NCBI RefSeq assembly: GCF_001194135.2
Contig: NC_068983.1
Coordinates: 137,266,340-137,330,339, forward strand
From: Octopus bimaculoides
Lineage: Eukaryota
Reading direction: 5' to 3'
Length of the DNA: 64,000 nt
The translations under genes and the position numbers were made by a program. The notes under the pieces were generated by a model. That model was given only the letters and a program-made list of their open reading frames with translations. It ran no database searches and had not been told where the DNA came from. Positions 52,201-64,000 of the stretch are shown here, piece after piece; positions within the stretch are counted from its first letter, which is position 1; every line of letters begins with the position of its first letter.

Positions 52201-53732
52201 AAAAGAAATAGGTGTATCTTATTTGAGATATATTTAATCTCTAATATAGAGGTATAGAAAGGCAATTTAAACCTTTTCAGAATATTTTATTGAATAAATA
52301 TCTAACTTTTCTAATCTCCACAATTACAAACATCCAACCACTGTCATCTAAATTTAGGAAAAGAGATCATTTTAAGAAAAATAGGGAAAGGAGATATATG
52401 AGTAGCTTCATTAGTAAGTTAGTGTTTGAAGGGAGAGATTTCGATTGGGAGGAAGATATGGAAAGAGGAAATTTGAACCCCATTTTTGTCATTAACAAAG
52501 ACTCATCTGGAGGGTTTTATTGCATGTAAACCAGTTTTACAAACTCTGTCTGCTACTACAAGACAACAGAAACATGCTAGTAAAACACAGAAAGAAGCAA
52601 TAGCCGGATGAGCTAAAGATGTTACCAGAAACAGACAATATGCTGAAATCAAACAAGCTAAAGAAGCAGCTACAAACCCACAGAAACACTTGATGAAGCA
52701 GTAGTCATCAGATGACCTAATGGCACTGCTGAAAAGCAGCAGACAAGTTGGCTGACAACCAGAACAAGCAGCTGCTTTCAAACAAAGAGAAATGTTACAT
52801 ATTCACCGTTTCAGGCAATCTCAGAGAACAAAATGAACAATAAAAGAAATGAACATTCTTAAAAAGAGTTAAGTAGCTTGTTGTCAAGCAATCAAAGCAA
52901 ATCTATGACAGTAAAAGCGAAATAATTTTTCCTAGAAACCAGCATTTTTTTCTTGTGACACTTGAGCCAAGTATTTTTATTCAAATGTTTAAATGTATTA
53001 TGAAAACTAATGGACCATCTATAGAGTAAAAACTGAAAGCTATTTTAATCATGAACATCTTGGTAATATTATTATACTTGTGTGAGTTCAAAATACACCA
53101 GTGAATGACTAAATATTAATATATGAATGAGCCAGTAATATAATTTGCAGTTTACTTCTGCTGATTTGTGAAGAGCAGAATTGATGGATCATGGACAAAA
53201 TACCTTACAGTATTTATATTTCTTCATGTTCTAACTTCAAATCTCTCTGAGACCTGACTTAGCCTTGTCTTCTAGATTTGACACAATAAGTACTAGTCAA
53301 GAATCGTATATTTTATCACCTGTTTTACTCATCACCACCATCAATTTGGGGTCTTCTACCAGGCATGACTATGTAGTAAGAAGTTTGCTTCCAACTGCAT
53401 CATTCCAGGTTCAGTCTCACTGCATGGCACCTTGATCAAGTGTCTTCTACTATAGCCTTGGGCAAACTAAAGTCTTCTGAATGGATTTGGTGGAAGGAAA
53501 CAGAAACAGACCCATCATATGTGTGTGTCTTTGTGCTTGTCCCAGCACTGCTTCACAATTATTGTTGATTAGTTTATGTTCGCATAACTTAGCAGTTTAG
53601 CAAAAGACTGACAGAATAAGTACAAGGCTTTAAAAAAGTGCTGAGGTCAATTCATTTGACTAAAAACTCTTCAAAGCAATGCCCTAGCATGGCCACAGTC
53701 TAATGACTGTAAAATGTAAAAGATAATATAAA

Positions 53733-54609
53733 TATGTGGTCTGACCAATAAGTATCCTGACTGTTGTCATAGTAATGAAGCTAAAGCACGCAGAATGAAG
53801 CCACTTAGCACAGATTGACCTTGAACACTGCTGTGCATATGCACTAAGTTTTACCATTCTAGCTCACTTCTGCTTCCTTCCAAGCACTGCTTGGAAGGAA
53901 GGTGTGTAGCATGTCATCATCGCATTGACCATGACAGAGAAAGTTGAGCAGAGAATCAATCAAATTTTGCTGAAAGCTTGGTGATACCTGCTCAGAGGCC
54001 TATGCAAAGTTTTCAAAAAGTTATTGTTCTCAGTACAATCGAGGAGATTTTTTGCAACTGAAACCTGAGTGCATTTTGGTCAGCTGAAAGCAGTTTTGGC
54101 ACAAACTTGGCAGACATGTGTCCCATATCCAAATCTTCAGTGATAATGGACTGAACTGAGCCATAACTAATCTGCACATCCTCTGATAATTCATGGATGG
54201 TGATTCGACAACTTACGTTCACAGCTGCATACACATCTGCAATGTTTTTCTCAGTTCTGCTGGTTGTGGGTCACCCAGAACATTTGTCCCTATCGACATT
54301 TTTTTGGCCATCTTGGAAATGTCTGAACCACTCGTACACTTGTGTGTGGCTTATACACTTTCTACAACTTCTCATTGGCCTCTGAGTAGGTATCGTCATG
54401 ACAACTTTGTCATGGTCAATGTGACGATCACATGCTACTCACCTTCCTTCCAAGCACTGCTGTAAACAGTGGAAGTGAACTAGAACTTTAAAAATTAGTG
54501 TGCATGCACAGCTGAGTTCAAAGTCAATCTTTGCCAAGCAGCTTTACTCTGCATGCTTTAGCTTTGTTACTAAGGCAACAGTCCAGATACTTATTGATCA
54601 GACCTTGTA
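53733..54609. mobile_element. Mariner derivative with long inverted ends
   Basis: gtggtctgaccaataagtatc... at left versus ...gatacttattgatcagaccttgTA at right, roughly 200 nt of inverted similarity; minus ORF ITIHELSEDVQISYGSVQSIITEDLDMGHMSAKFVPKLL is a mariner N-terminus. Confidence 0.75.
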
Positions 54610-54989
54610 TATTGTTAGCACCATTTAATATTTGTTTTTCCATGCTAGCATGGTTTAACTAGGAGGAAATTGAGGCAAAGTTTTGTGGTGAGATGTTCTT
54701 CCTGTTGCTGAGCCTTGCTTCAATGTATGTACGTACATATTTGAATATATGTATGTATATCATCATCATCATAGTCATTTAATGTCCATTTTCCATGCTG
54801 GCATGGGTTGGTCAGTTTACCTGGAGCTGGTAAGGCCAAGGGCCACACCAGGCTCCATTGTCTGTTCTGGCATGGTCTCTATGGTTGGATGCCCTTCCTA
54901 ATGACAACCACTCCATAGAGTGTACTGAATACTTTTAACGTGGCATGTATATGCATGCCTACATACATACACACACACATGTATAAAAC

Positions 54990-55355
54990 CATAAAAAAGA
55001 GGTATGACATCCATTTCACAACCTTCTTTATGGAGTATGATTTCAGCATTGAAGAAATTACGCATACATGTTTGCATTAATATATATGCTAAGCATTATA
55101 CAATACAGTTGTATATTCACAAAGATCCCAGCATTGCCATAAGAACACAGAACCAGATACTGCAACAACTTGGGTTTCACTGTCCCACAGCTCTTCAGTA
55201 TTCTCCCAAAATGCCTGAGAGACCTACATGAGGTGGATGTAGGTGTCTTCAAAACAAAGCTAGCTCTACTCTTGTCAAGAATTTCAGATGAACCCACCTT
55301 GTGGCTAGAAATACAGATGAGGATAGCAACATCAAACTCCCTTGTTCACTAAATG
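54990..55355 (+). mobile_element. CR1-like LINE 3' fragment
   Basis: PQLFSILPKCLRDLHEVDVGVFKTKL...DEP, homologous to 59400-59570. Confidence 0.65.
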
Positions 55356-58300
55356 CCACATATCAGAGGAGGTTTTAAGTAGTGAAAGTGTAGTATAGTT
55401 CTAAGTTCAGTTCCACTGCATAGCATCTTAGGCATATGCCTTCTTCTATAGGTCCTGGCTGACTAATGAAACTGAATTTAAAGTTAAGACACTACTATAT
55501 ATATACTAGCTTAAAATCCACACTCTGTGCAGACTTTTAAGCTAGCTGCTGCAGAGGTCTAATTGGGCCTGTGGTCCAAAACGAAAGACAGCTAAAAAGC
55601 ATGACTATAATATGTCTATAATGACTTTATGCCCCAATGGTGTTTGATCAGAGTTTAAGGACGGGTGAGAATTAATTTTGTAATGCAATCATTCTGTTGT
55701 TCCAGTCCCAATTTACATTCCAACTGTTGGCCAATTTGTCCCAAAGTTCTTATCTTGATGTAAAATTAAAGCAAATGTCATTTATCTCCCCTCTTGATTT
55801 CTGATTTCATCTGACAAACAGCAACCCATATGCTTTTAAATCAGATCCCAATGCTGAATGTTCAAGAACCAAATAAAGGGCAGCTTTTCAATCTCAGGGT
55901 CATCCTAATTCCAAAAAGGTATAATATAACTATGTAGAGCAAATGTAGACTGAAATGCAGGGATCTTAAACAGACAGAATTTTGCATTTATTATTATTAT
56001 TATATGTATATATTATAAAATCGTCTTGCTCTGGGATTTGGAAACGTAACTTCAAATCACTGTTTAATTACACTATGAGGGAATTTTGTTTTTGTTCAAA
56101 ACTGAGTCTATTAGGGGAAAAAAATAGGTTATGCTCATATACATTCAACCAACTGTGACATCAGAAAAACAAGTGACATCATAAGTGAATCAGCCAACTA
56201 ACTGTCAGAAAAAACAATTGACCAGGATATTTGCTAAACATATAATGTCCTTAAATAATCAACCAACCACAGCATTGGACACAGACAAGTTCAGACTACT
56301 GTTGAGCATGAATGTATCATCAGAAAATATGATAAACAAACAGTGCACTCTGGCAGTCAACCAACCAGAACGCTGGACCACTTGTTGACAAAAACAAATG
56401 TCATTGAGTGAGAAGCAAATCAGGACTTGAAGCTCTGTCTTAAAAACCTATATGCACAACAATATCAGCTGAAAACCTAATTCAAGTTCCACAAGTAAAG
56501 TAAATGATGAACAATTCTCCTTCACACAGCATGATTGGACTTGTAAAAAATTATTTTGTTATTCCGTAAAATCATCATCATATCAAATTGATAACATAAC
56601 TTATTACTGTGAAACCTATTCTAGCATTTATTATTATTACTATGAAATTTATTGAATATTTGAACTCTCATCATTTCTTAATGCTATGAAACTTATTGAA
56701 AACTTAAATTTTCATTGTGTAATTTTGTACTGAAACCTATTGAAAATTTGATTTTTGAACAGATTTTATTGCTATGGAACTTTTCGTGTGCATTCTCTTT
56801 TAAACTCTTATCTTGTTTGCTTTTTCTTTTCCTTTACCATTGAAAGTTTTTTAAATAATGAAACTAGTATAGTATTTCAATAGACTTTAAAAAATTGAAT
56901 TAAAAAAAAAAAAAACCTACAATTCATTTTAAGACCTGATTACATTTTCAACTCCAAAACTTGGATGCAAGTAAATATCTTTTTCCTGTTTTATATAATA
57001 TATATGCCAGCATGGAAGATGGATGTTAAAAAGGCCTCTGCCAGGGCTGTAGCCAGCCCACTTATGTGTACCTTTCCTTCACTGGACACTAAACTCGCTT
57101 GCGAAGACCTATTGAGGCAAGTGAAATCAAAATCGAACAAAATTCGACGACTGGCACCAATGCCAGAATCTCCTTCATTGGACACTTAACTCGACTTGCG
57201 AAAACCTGTTGGGGCAAGTGAAAGCGAAATCGTGATGGCACCTGTACCAGTGGAGCACTAAGAGCACCATTCGAGCGTGATCATTGCTAGAGCAGCTGTC
57301 TGGCTTCCGTGCCAGTGGCACGTAAATAGCACCATTTGAGCGTAATCGTTACCAGCGTCACCTTCCTGGCACGTGAAAAGACATTCAAGCGAGGTCATTG
57401 CCAGTGCTGCTGGACTGGCTCCTGTGCAGGTGGCATGTAAAATACATAATTTTGAGCGTGGCCGTTGCCAGTACCACACGTAAAGCACCCACTACACTCT
57501 CCGAGTGGTTGGTGTTAGGAAAGGCATCCAGCTGTAGAAACTCTGCCAAATCAGATTGGGGCCTGGTGTAGTCAAATCATCCAACCCATGCTAGCNNNNN
57601 NNNNNGTAGTCAAATCATCCAACCCATGCTAGCATGGAAAGCGGACGTTAAACAATGATGATGATAATATCTGTATATATAGATATATATGTGTCTGTGT
57701 ATATATGTGTATGTATATATATGTATATATATGCATATATGTATATATATGTGTATGTATGTATATATATGTATAGAAATATGTATATATATGTGTGTGC
57801 GCATGTCATCTCTTATGTCCCTGCCGTAAGGCTTCACTTCCACACATGCCAGCTTAATTTAATTCGTCCTTACTTGAAAGGCACCTGTTATTTGCATTTG
57901 TATTTGTGTACCATTTTTCCGTTTTTTCCTGTCCTTATTTTCGTATACATTTGCTGCTTTCTTCCAAGGAATCTAGTGCCCTTAGGCTAGAGTTTCCTCA
58001 GGGCTGGCCAGATTGGAGCAGTCTTGCGTAGAACCAGCCGAAGCTGCAAAGATGATCTTGAACTCCACTGAGGAAAGCAAACTCCAAATGACCCATCCTA
58101 GTTTTTTTCTTGTCCCTTTTTGTATCATCTATTGCATTCTTGTCCCATTTTTTGCATTCTTTTATATATATAGATATGTATATATATGTGTGTATATATA
58201 TATATATATATAGCAATATATGCTGAAAATATAGTGATAAGAACCGTTGCACCGGTCCTCCCTTCCAAATGCAACTAAAAGCGTATGTACCAGGGAACAT

Positions 58301-58859
58301 GTATGTATGGGAGTGTTTATATATACATATATGTATGTATGTATGGGTGGGTGGGTATATATATGTGTCTGTCCTCCTCATATATAGTAACAATAACAAT
58401 TGACTCTTCGGTGTGCATGTATAGACATTTATGTATGTACATCTAAACACACACATAGGTATTTATGTATATCTGTATATGTTAAAGTATGCATGCATAT
58501 GCATATATATGTGAGTTTTTATGACTCTTTATATGGTTTTTTTTATATGCTTTTATATTTATATTTGAATTTTGTAAACTTCATGAACTGAACTTTGTAA
58601 ATCTCTGAAGAGGCCTAGAGAATCATGCATGTACCTTCACTGCATCCATTTCATCTACCAATTACTCCAGCTTACTGGAGTTATATAGATAGAATGAGGC
58701 ATGCCACCTCTAGGCCAAAACAGCTGTAAGACTTTGTCCCTTCTTCGGTCACTAGATGTCCTTTTGAATTTTTATTTTTAATATGACATGGTGCGTCATA
58801 TATATATATATATATATATGTGTACATATATATTTATGTATATATGTACAGGCCAATCT

Positions 58860-59620
58860 CTCTGACTTCGCATCTCAGTAAAGTTATGGAGTGAATCATC
58901 AGAAAGAAGTTGATAATGTTCCTGGAAGAAAATGACCTACTGAACAATACACAGCATAGCTTCCGTCCAGGAAGAAGCTGCCTCACACAGCTTTTACAGC
59001 ACTATGACTGGGCTTTGAAGCAGCTGTTTGACCAATTAGATGTCAGTGTGATACACCTTGACTTTGTAGAGGACATTGCTGATAATCTTGGAAAGTGGCT
59101 GCATGACTTCCTTAAAAACAGAAGTCAAGTAGTTTGAAGCATTCCAATGCCACTACACTAAAAAGATTGAAACAGTGCAGCAGATGAGCTATAGGGATAG
59201 GCTGAGAAAACTACTGCATTTCTCCCTGGAGCAAAGGCATGAGAGATATGCAATAATATACATATGGAAAATCCAAGAGGAGCTAGTACCTAATTTTGGC
59301 ATTGAGTGTTATACAAATGGCAGAACTGGCCACCATTGTATTGTACCAAAGGTACCATCCACTCCATCTAAATTCAGGACTAGGTACTGCAATAGTCTAG
59401 GGCTCAAAGGCCTAAAGCTCTTCAATGCTCTGCCACAAAAATTAAGAAATTTGCATAAGGTGGAGATAGATGTTTTGAAAAAGGACCTAGACATCCTCCT
59501 CTCCACAATACTGGATGAACCAACAGCCCGACATGGGGTACAGATGAGGGCAGCAGAATCAAACTCCGTTATACACCAAATGTACCAACAGCTGGGACAA
59601 AGGCACATACAGGAAAGGTA
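58860..59620 (+). mobile_element. CR1-like LINE fragment (RT start + 3' end, internally deleted)
   Basis: FLEENDLLNNTQHSFRPGRSCLTQLL...IHLDF; SYRDRLRKL...SLEQR...LFNALP...KKDLD. Confidence 0.8.
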
Positions 59621-59699
59621 ATGTGAAACATCCAGACTGAGGAAGTCAGAAAGACCATGGCGGTGCTCCAGCATGACCACAGCCGCATGGCTGAAACAA

Positions 59700-59841
59700 G
59701 TAAAAGAGATGTATGTATGCGTGTATGCATATATGTGTGCATGTATGTGTGTGTGTATATGTATATATATGTGTGAGTATGTATATATATATATGTGTAT
59801 ATGTATATATATGTGTGTGTGTGTGTCTGTATATATATATA

Positions 59842-59930
<89 letters not shown>

Positions 59931-59935
59931 GTGTG

Positions 59936-59966
<31 letters not shown>

Positions 59967-59975
59967 ATGTGTGTG

Positions 59976-60006
<31 letters not shown>

Positions 60007-60060
60007 ATATATATGTATGTATAAATATGTACGTATATATATGTATGTATGTATAATATA
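59700..60060. repeat. Compound (TA)n/(TG)n microsatellite
   Basis: Direct inspection; it generates the spurious YI/CV ORFs. Confidence 0.95.
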
Positions 60061-60437
60061 GGTGCAAGCACGGCGTAGTGGTTTAGAAGTTTCCATTATA
60101 TCGTCCTCCACCCACTAGGGAGCAGTCTAAACGTAAGCCGAAATGATTGTCGTGCTAAATAAAGCTTACAGTACACATTGTCTTCTCTATGAATTGTTAA
60201 AAATATACTAAATGTGCACTGAGGAATTCCTTATGTAGATCCTGCGACTAAAGTGTAGTACAGCAGATGACGCCTGGTAACCGAATGTGGTGAACATGCT
60301 CTCAAGGCACACTATTAGTTACATACCTCAAAACAAGGTTTGGATACTACAACTTAAGGTATCCTGTCAAAACTTTAATTTTAAACTTAACCTAATATAT
60401 CTATATATAGATAGAGAGAGAGAGCTTCTCACAGAAT

Positions 60438-61047
60438 TACCAGTTTTCATTAATGTTTTATGTAGTGTTTTTGGTACCGAAAGACTTTTATAGAACAGAA
60501 AAAAATGTTTGTATTCGGATTTATTTCATGCAAAAAATTGTCTCATTTCGATAATTTCAACCAATCACTGACAAGTATTCAGCTGATTACAAGTTACTCC
60601 TTTGGCACTTTAAGCGGTGTAAAGCGTATTTAATCTCCATTACTTCTGACATTTTGCAGCGGCAACACACGTGTGTTCGTTTTCCTTAACCCTAATCGGC
60701 TTGCTCCTTCCCTCAAAAACCATGCCTTGTGCCTATAATAGAAAGGTTTACTAGCTACTGCCAACATGCTTCAGCCATTTTTTGACAAGGAAATAATAAT
60801 TTTATCACCGCCGAGATTCGTTTGTTTACGTAGTCAGCACTTAATTTTGACGGCTGAATGGACGTCAGTCATTGGTTGAAATTACAGAAATACGACAACT
60901 TTAACATGAAATAACTTGCGATGTAGGTTTTTTTTGTTAAGAAGACTAAGAGAAAAAGATGTTTTATATGACACATTCTACCAGTGTCCCAAGTTTCAAA
61001 GTGTTTCGTTAAGAAAATACTGGTGCCCCCGTTTTGAACAAAATCCC
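60438..61047. mobile_element. Second, degraded copy of the 8346-8896 MITE
   Basis: Shares the internal sequence (cagttttcat...ggtaccgaaagact...gacgtcagt.attggttgaaattacag) and right TIR ctggtgcccccgtttt; left TIR degraded. Confidence 0.75.
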
Positions 61048-62534
61048 AAATTTCAGTAACATTGCCATTACACTGATAATAATCGAAGAAAATCAAACGA
61101 AATTTATACTGAAATGTTACACATATAAACATTATACAAATTTAGAACACAAAACAATAAACATTTTCAAAGATAGGAACGAAATATTAATTTTGAAACG
61201 TTCCAAAAATATGTACGCAATACAGGAAACTTGCTACATTCAATATTTTATCCACTCTTTTCACTAAATTCAAATATTGCTGATAATTTCAATTCTAATA
61301 AATTATTTCTCCTGGCATTTTTGCACCGGTTACAGTTATTGCATCTGCAGGAATTCTGATTTGTGTTCCGTGGTGAAAATCTTCATTGTGATTAAAATGG
61401 CACCAAAAGGAAAAGAATTGTCTGAAGATTTGAAGAAAATTATTTTTAATTTGCACAGGAATGGTTTAGGATACAAGTTAATTAGCAAACGAATACATAT
61501 TAGCGTAAACACAGTTGCCAAAATAATTCAGAAGTACAAAGCTACTGGACGGCTAAGAAATAAACATCGTCCAGGTCGCCCTTCTATTTTAACTGCGCGT
61601 GATATTCGCCACATCCAACGATGCGTGATGGACGACAGGCGTCGTACCGCTTCATCTTTGGCCCAAGAACTGTCTTCTGTAAGTGAAAAGAATGTATCCG
61701 CTCAAACAGTTCGCCGAAGTTTGAACCGGTGTGGTCTTCGTGGACGTATTTCTCGTAGGAAGCCTCTCCTCACTACCAGGCATAAATCAAGTCGTCTTTC
61801 TTTTGCCGAAGCCTACGTAAGTAAAGGGAAGGAGTTTTGGAATGAAATTCTTTTTTCTGATGAGACTAAAATCAACCTGTTTGTGTCAGATGGTATTAAA
61901 TGAGTATGGTAACGACTAGGTGAAGATAGTGACAGATGCACCGTGCCTACCGTGAAGCAAGGCGGCGGAAGCGTTAGGTTTTGGGGATGCCTGTGTGCGG
62001 CTGGTGTGGGAGGACTCAAATTTATTGAGAGAACAATGGGTTCAAGGCTTTATTGTGACATATTGCAGAAAGCAATGTTGAAAAGCATCAAATAAAAAGG
62101 TAAAGGCATTGCCTTGACCTACCATGTCACCTGATTTCAACCCAATAGAACATGTGTGGGGTGTTTTGAAAAGGAAAGTTGAGGAGAGAAAAAGCCCCGC
62201 AATGTAACACAGTTGAAGGATATCATTCAGGATGAATGGAAGTCGATTTCATCGGTTAAATAGGGAAATTTATTTGACTCTATGCACAGAAAGCTTAATG
62301 CAGTCATTGAAAGCAAGGGCGGTCACACCAAATACTGAATATAGCCAATAATTCTCTGGGGGTGTACATATTTTTGTATCGTTTGAAAATGTTTATTGTT
62401 TTGTATTCCAAATTTGTATGTATGTATAATATACTTTATTCTGTATAAACTTCGTTTGATTTCCTTCGATATTATCAGAGTAATGGCAATTTTACTGAAA
62501 TTTGTTTAGGGGTGTACATACTTTTGTGATATAC

Positions 62535-62535
<1 letters not shown>
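61048..62535 (+). mobile_element. Tc1-family transposon with long IR/DR-type TIRs; transposase (ATG 61397) disrupted
   Basis: MAPKGKELSEDLKK...GRP...WNEILFSDETKINLF...TVKQGGGSVRFWGC, later PDFNPIEHVW; stops after 61900; repeated ggggtgtacata at about 62359 and 62509 in the right TIR. Confidence 0.85.
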
Positions 62536-62606
<71 letters not shown>

Positions 62607-62615
62607 TATATATAT
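62522..62615. repeat. (TG)n(TA)n microsatellite
   Basis: Direct inspection. Confidence 0.95.
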
Positions 62616-63431
62616 CACATTCTGAATCCTTGCGTGTGCCTGTTGAACGTTATTAAATATAAAACTATAAACATATTTATATGAGTGTATCCACATACAC
62701 ATTTATAGAAGTGTTGCAGCAAACTCAACACTACGAATTATTTTAAATACAGCAATATCTTTTGTTATCGTTAACTGTTCTCCACCATCGAGTAAAAGTT
62801 TTATAACCGAAAACAATATTAAGACGGAAATTTTACTATTTTATCACACTGAAAGGTTAGAGGCCATAACAAATAATCTCCCTTGGGCTGTTCTGCTAAG
62901 ATAGAAGAATTAATTTACTTACAGGTTTTGCAAGAGTCACTAAATCCCTTTCCTGATAATGCTCTTGTTCATATGAATGATATCAGAGTGAAATGATGAG
63001 TATCATATAATGTAGAAAAGAATCGAACAAATATCATAAAATATGATACCACATCTCCCTATTCTGTGATGTATTTGTATAGTATCTTGTTCAAAGCAAT
63101 GATGTGAAATTCATCTTCCCTTCCATCTATCCTGGTAGTAACACTGAGTAGAAATTTGACCAAATATTTGACAAACATGACCATCACTTCAAATGTTATA
63201 TTTAGGATTATAATATTCATGCCCATTTTAAGAGAGTTATGTGTGGTTTGTAAGTGACTTAGCTACTTATTTTAATAGTTTAAAATGACAGCTATATACA
63301 CTCACTCCTCACACAACTTTCAGGAGTCCCATCATACTGTCCTATTTTGCTTACTTGTTTATTTTAGTGTCTAACGAAATTAAAATGCTTTATATATTAT
63401 TTAATATAGAATATGTTTATTTTTTCTCCAG

Positions 63432-63471
63432 TTGAAAACTCAAAATCAGATAAATGAAGAATATGATGTTG
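63432..63471 (+). CDS. 40-nt internal exon (LKTQNQINEEYDV), candidate first shared exon downstream of the DNA-binding-domain exons
   Basis: Strong acceptor tttattttttctccag| and donor GTTG|gtaagt; only phase-0 entry is free of stops (the other two frames hit TGA). Confidence 0.6.
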
Positions 63472-63625
63472 GTAAGTTTGAAGTTCTTATATATATATAT
63501 ATATGTGTTTGTCAACTGGAATGTTGTTGTTTCTTGTTTTCAGCTGGCTGTTTAACTACTCCAGGCAGTTGGATGAGACTTTTTCAGCTTTTATTATTGT
63601 AATAAGAAAAAGAAAAATTATTAAG

Positions 63626-64000
63626 GGTGGAGACTTCAATGGTCATGTCGGACGTCGTGCTGGAGGCTTCCATGGCATACATGGAGGCTATGGCTTCGGT
63701 TCCCGCAACGAGGAGGGAACCAGACTGCTGGAGTTCTGTGATGCAACCGATCTTATGGTCTGCAATACCAACTTCAGGAAACCTGCTAGTCACCTAGTCA
63801 CCAACCGCTCCGGCAGACACTCTAGCCAAATCGACTACATCCTCGCCAGAAATAGGGAAAGAGGGCGGCTTATAAATGCCAAAACCTACCCTGGCGAAGA
63901 ATGTACCCCACAACATAGATTAGTAGTTAGCGACTTTGGGATCAAGGCAAAATGGGTGCCCAGAATTAGACCGGCTTGGAGGAGAAGGGTGTGGAAGCTT
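63626..64000 (+). mobile_element. RTE LINE APE endonuclease, open to the window edge
   Basis: GGDFNGHVG...GYGFGSRNEEGTRLLEFC...NTNFRK...SQIDYIL...QHRLVVSD; 125 codons without a stop by manual translation. Confidence 0.85.

Noticed and set aside
52500-52790. A-rich coding-like stretch, possibly a piggyBac C-terminus
   Set aside because: Stops or no recognisable motif in each + frame, and no TIR or TTAA evidence.
55845-55918. Possible phase-0 exon (IPMLNVQEPNKGQLFNLRVILIPK)
   Set aside because: Weak donor (gtataa); its phase-2 exit would give an immediate TGA in the 63432 exon.
57568-57635. Exact 28-nt direct repeat on both sides of a 10-N gap
   Set aside because: Typical contig-overlap artefact.
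59309-60111. Long ORFs rich in YI/CV/HT
   Set aside because: Translations of (TA)n/(TG)n microsatellites.

Overview
AT-rich, repeat-dense animal genomic DNA with short N-gaps; the SINE families and microsatellite load suggest a cephalopod, probably Octopus (inference from recall, not a database search). No rRNA, CRISPR array or convincing tRNA gene was found. Most of the window is SINEs, LINE fragments (RTE, CR1, R4/Dong-like, CRE-like), DNA transposon remnants (ISL2EU/Harbinger-like, pogo/Tigger, Tc1, mariner, maT DD37D, hAT, Merlin-like MITE, Helitron) and microsatellites. The main signal is a series of open + strand exons, each encoding a different transposase-type DNA-binding domain: psq-HTH (27860-28036), CENP-B/Tc5 HTH (35100-35585), FLYWCH (36364-36768) and THAP (45019/45097-45546). 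Each has an ATG near its start and each ends at a phase-0 GT donor (GTAAGT x3, GTATGA x1). A downstream 40-nt exon (63432-63471) is open only when entered in phase 0. I infer an array of alternative first coding exons that swaps DNA-binding domains onto a shared C-terminus; RNA evidence is needed to confirm this. All translations and alignments were done by eye.
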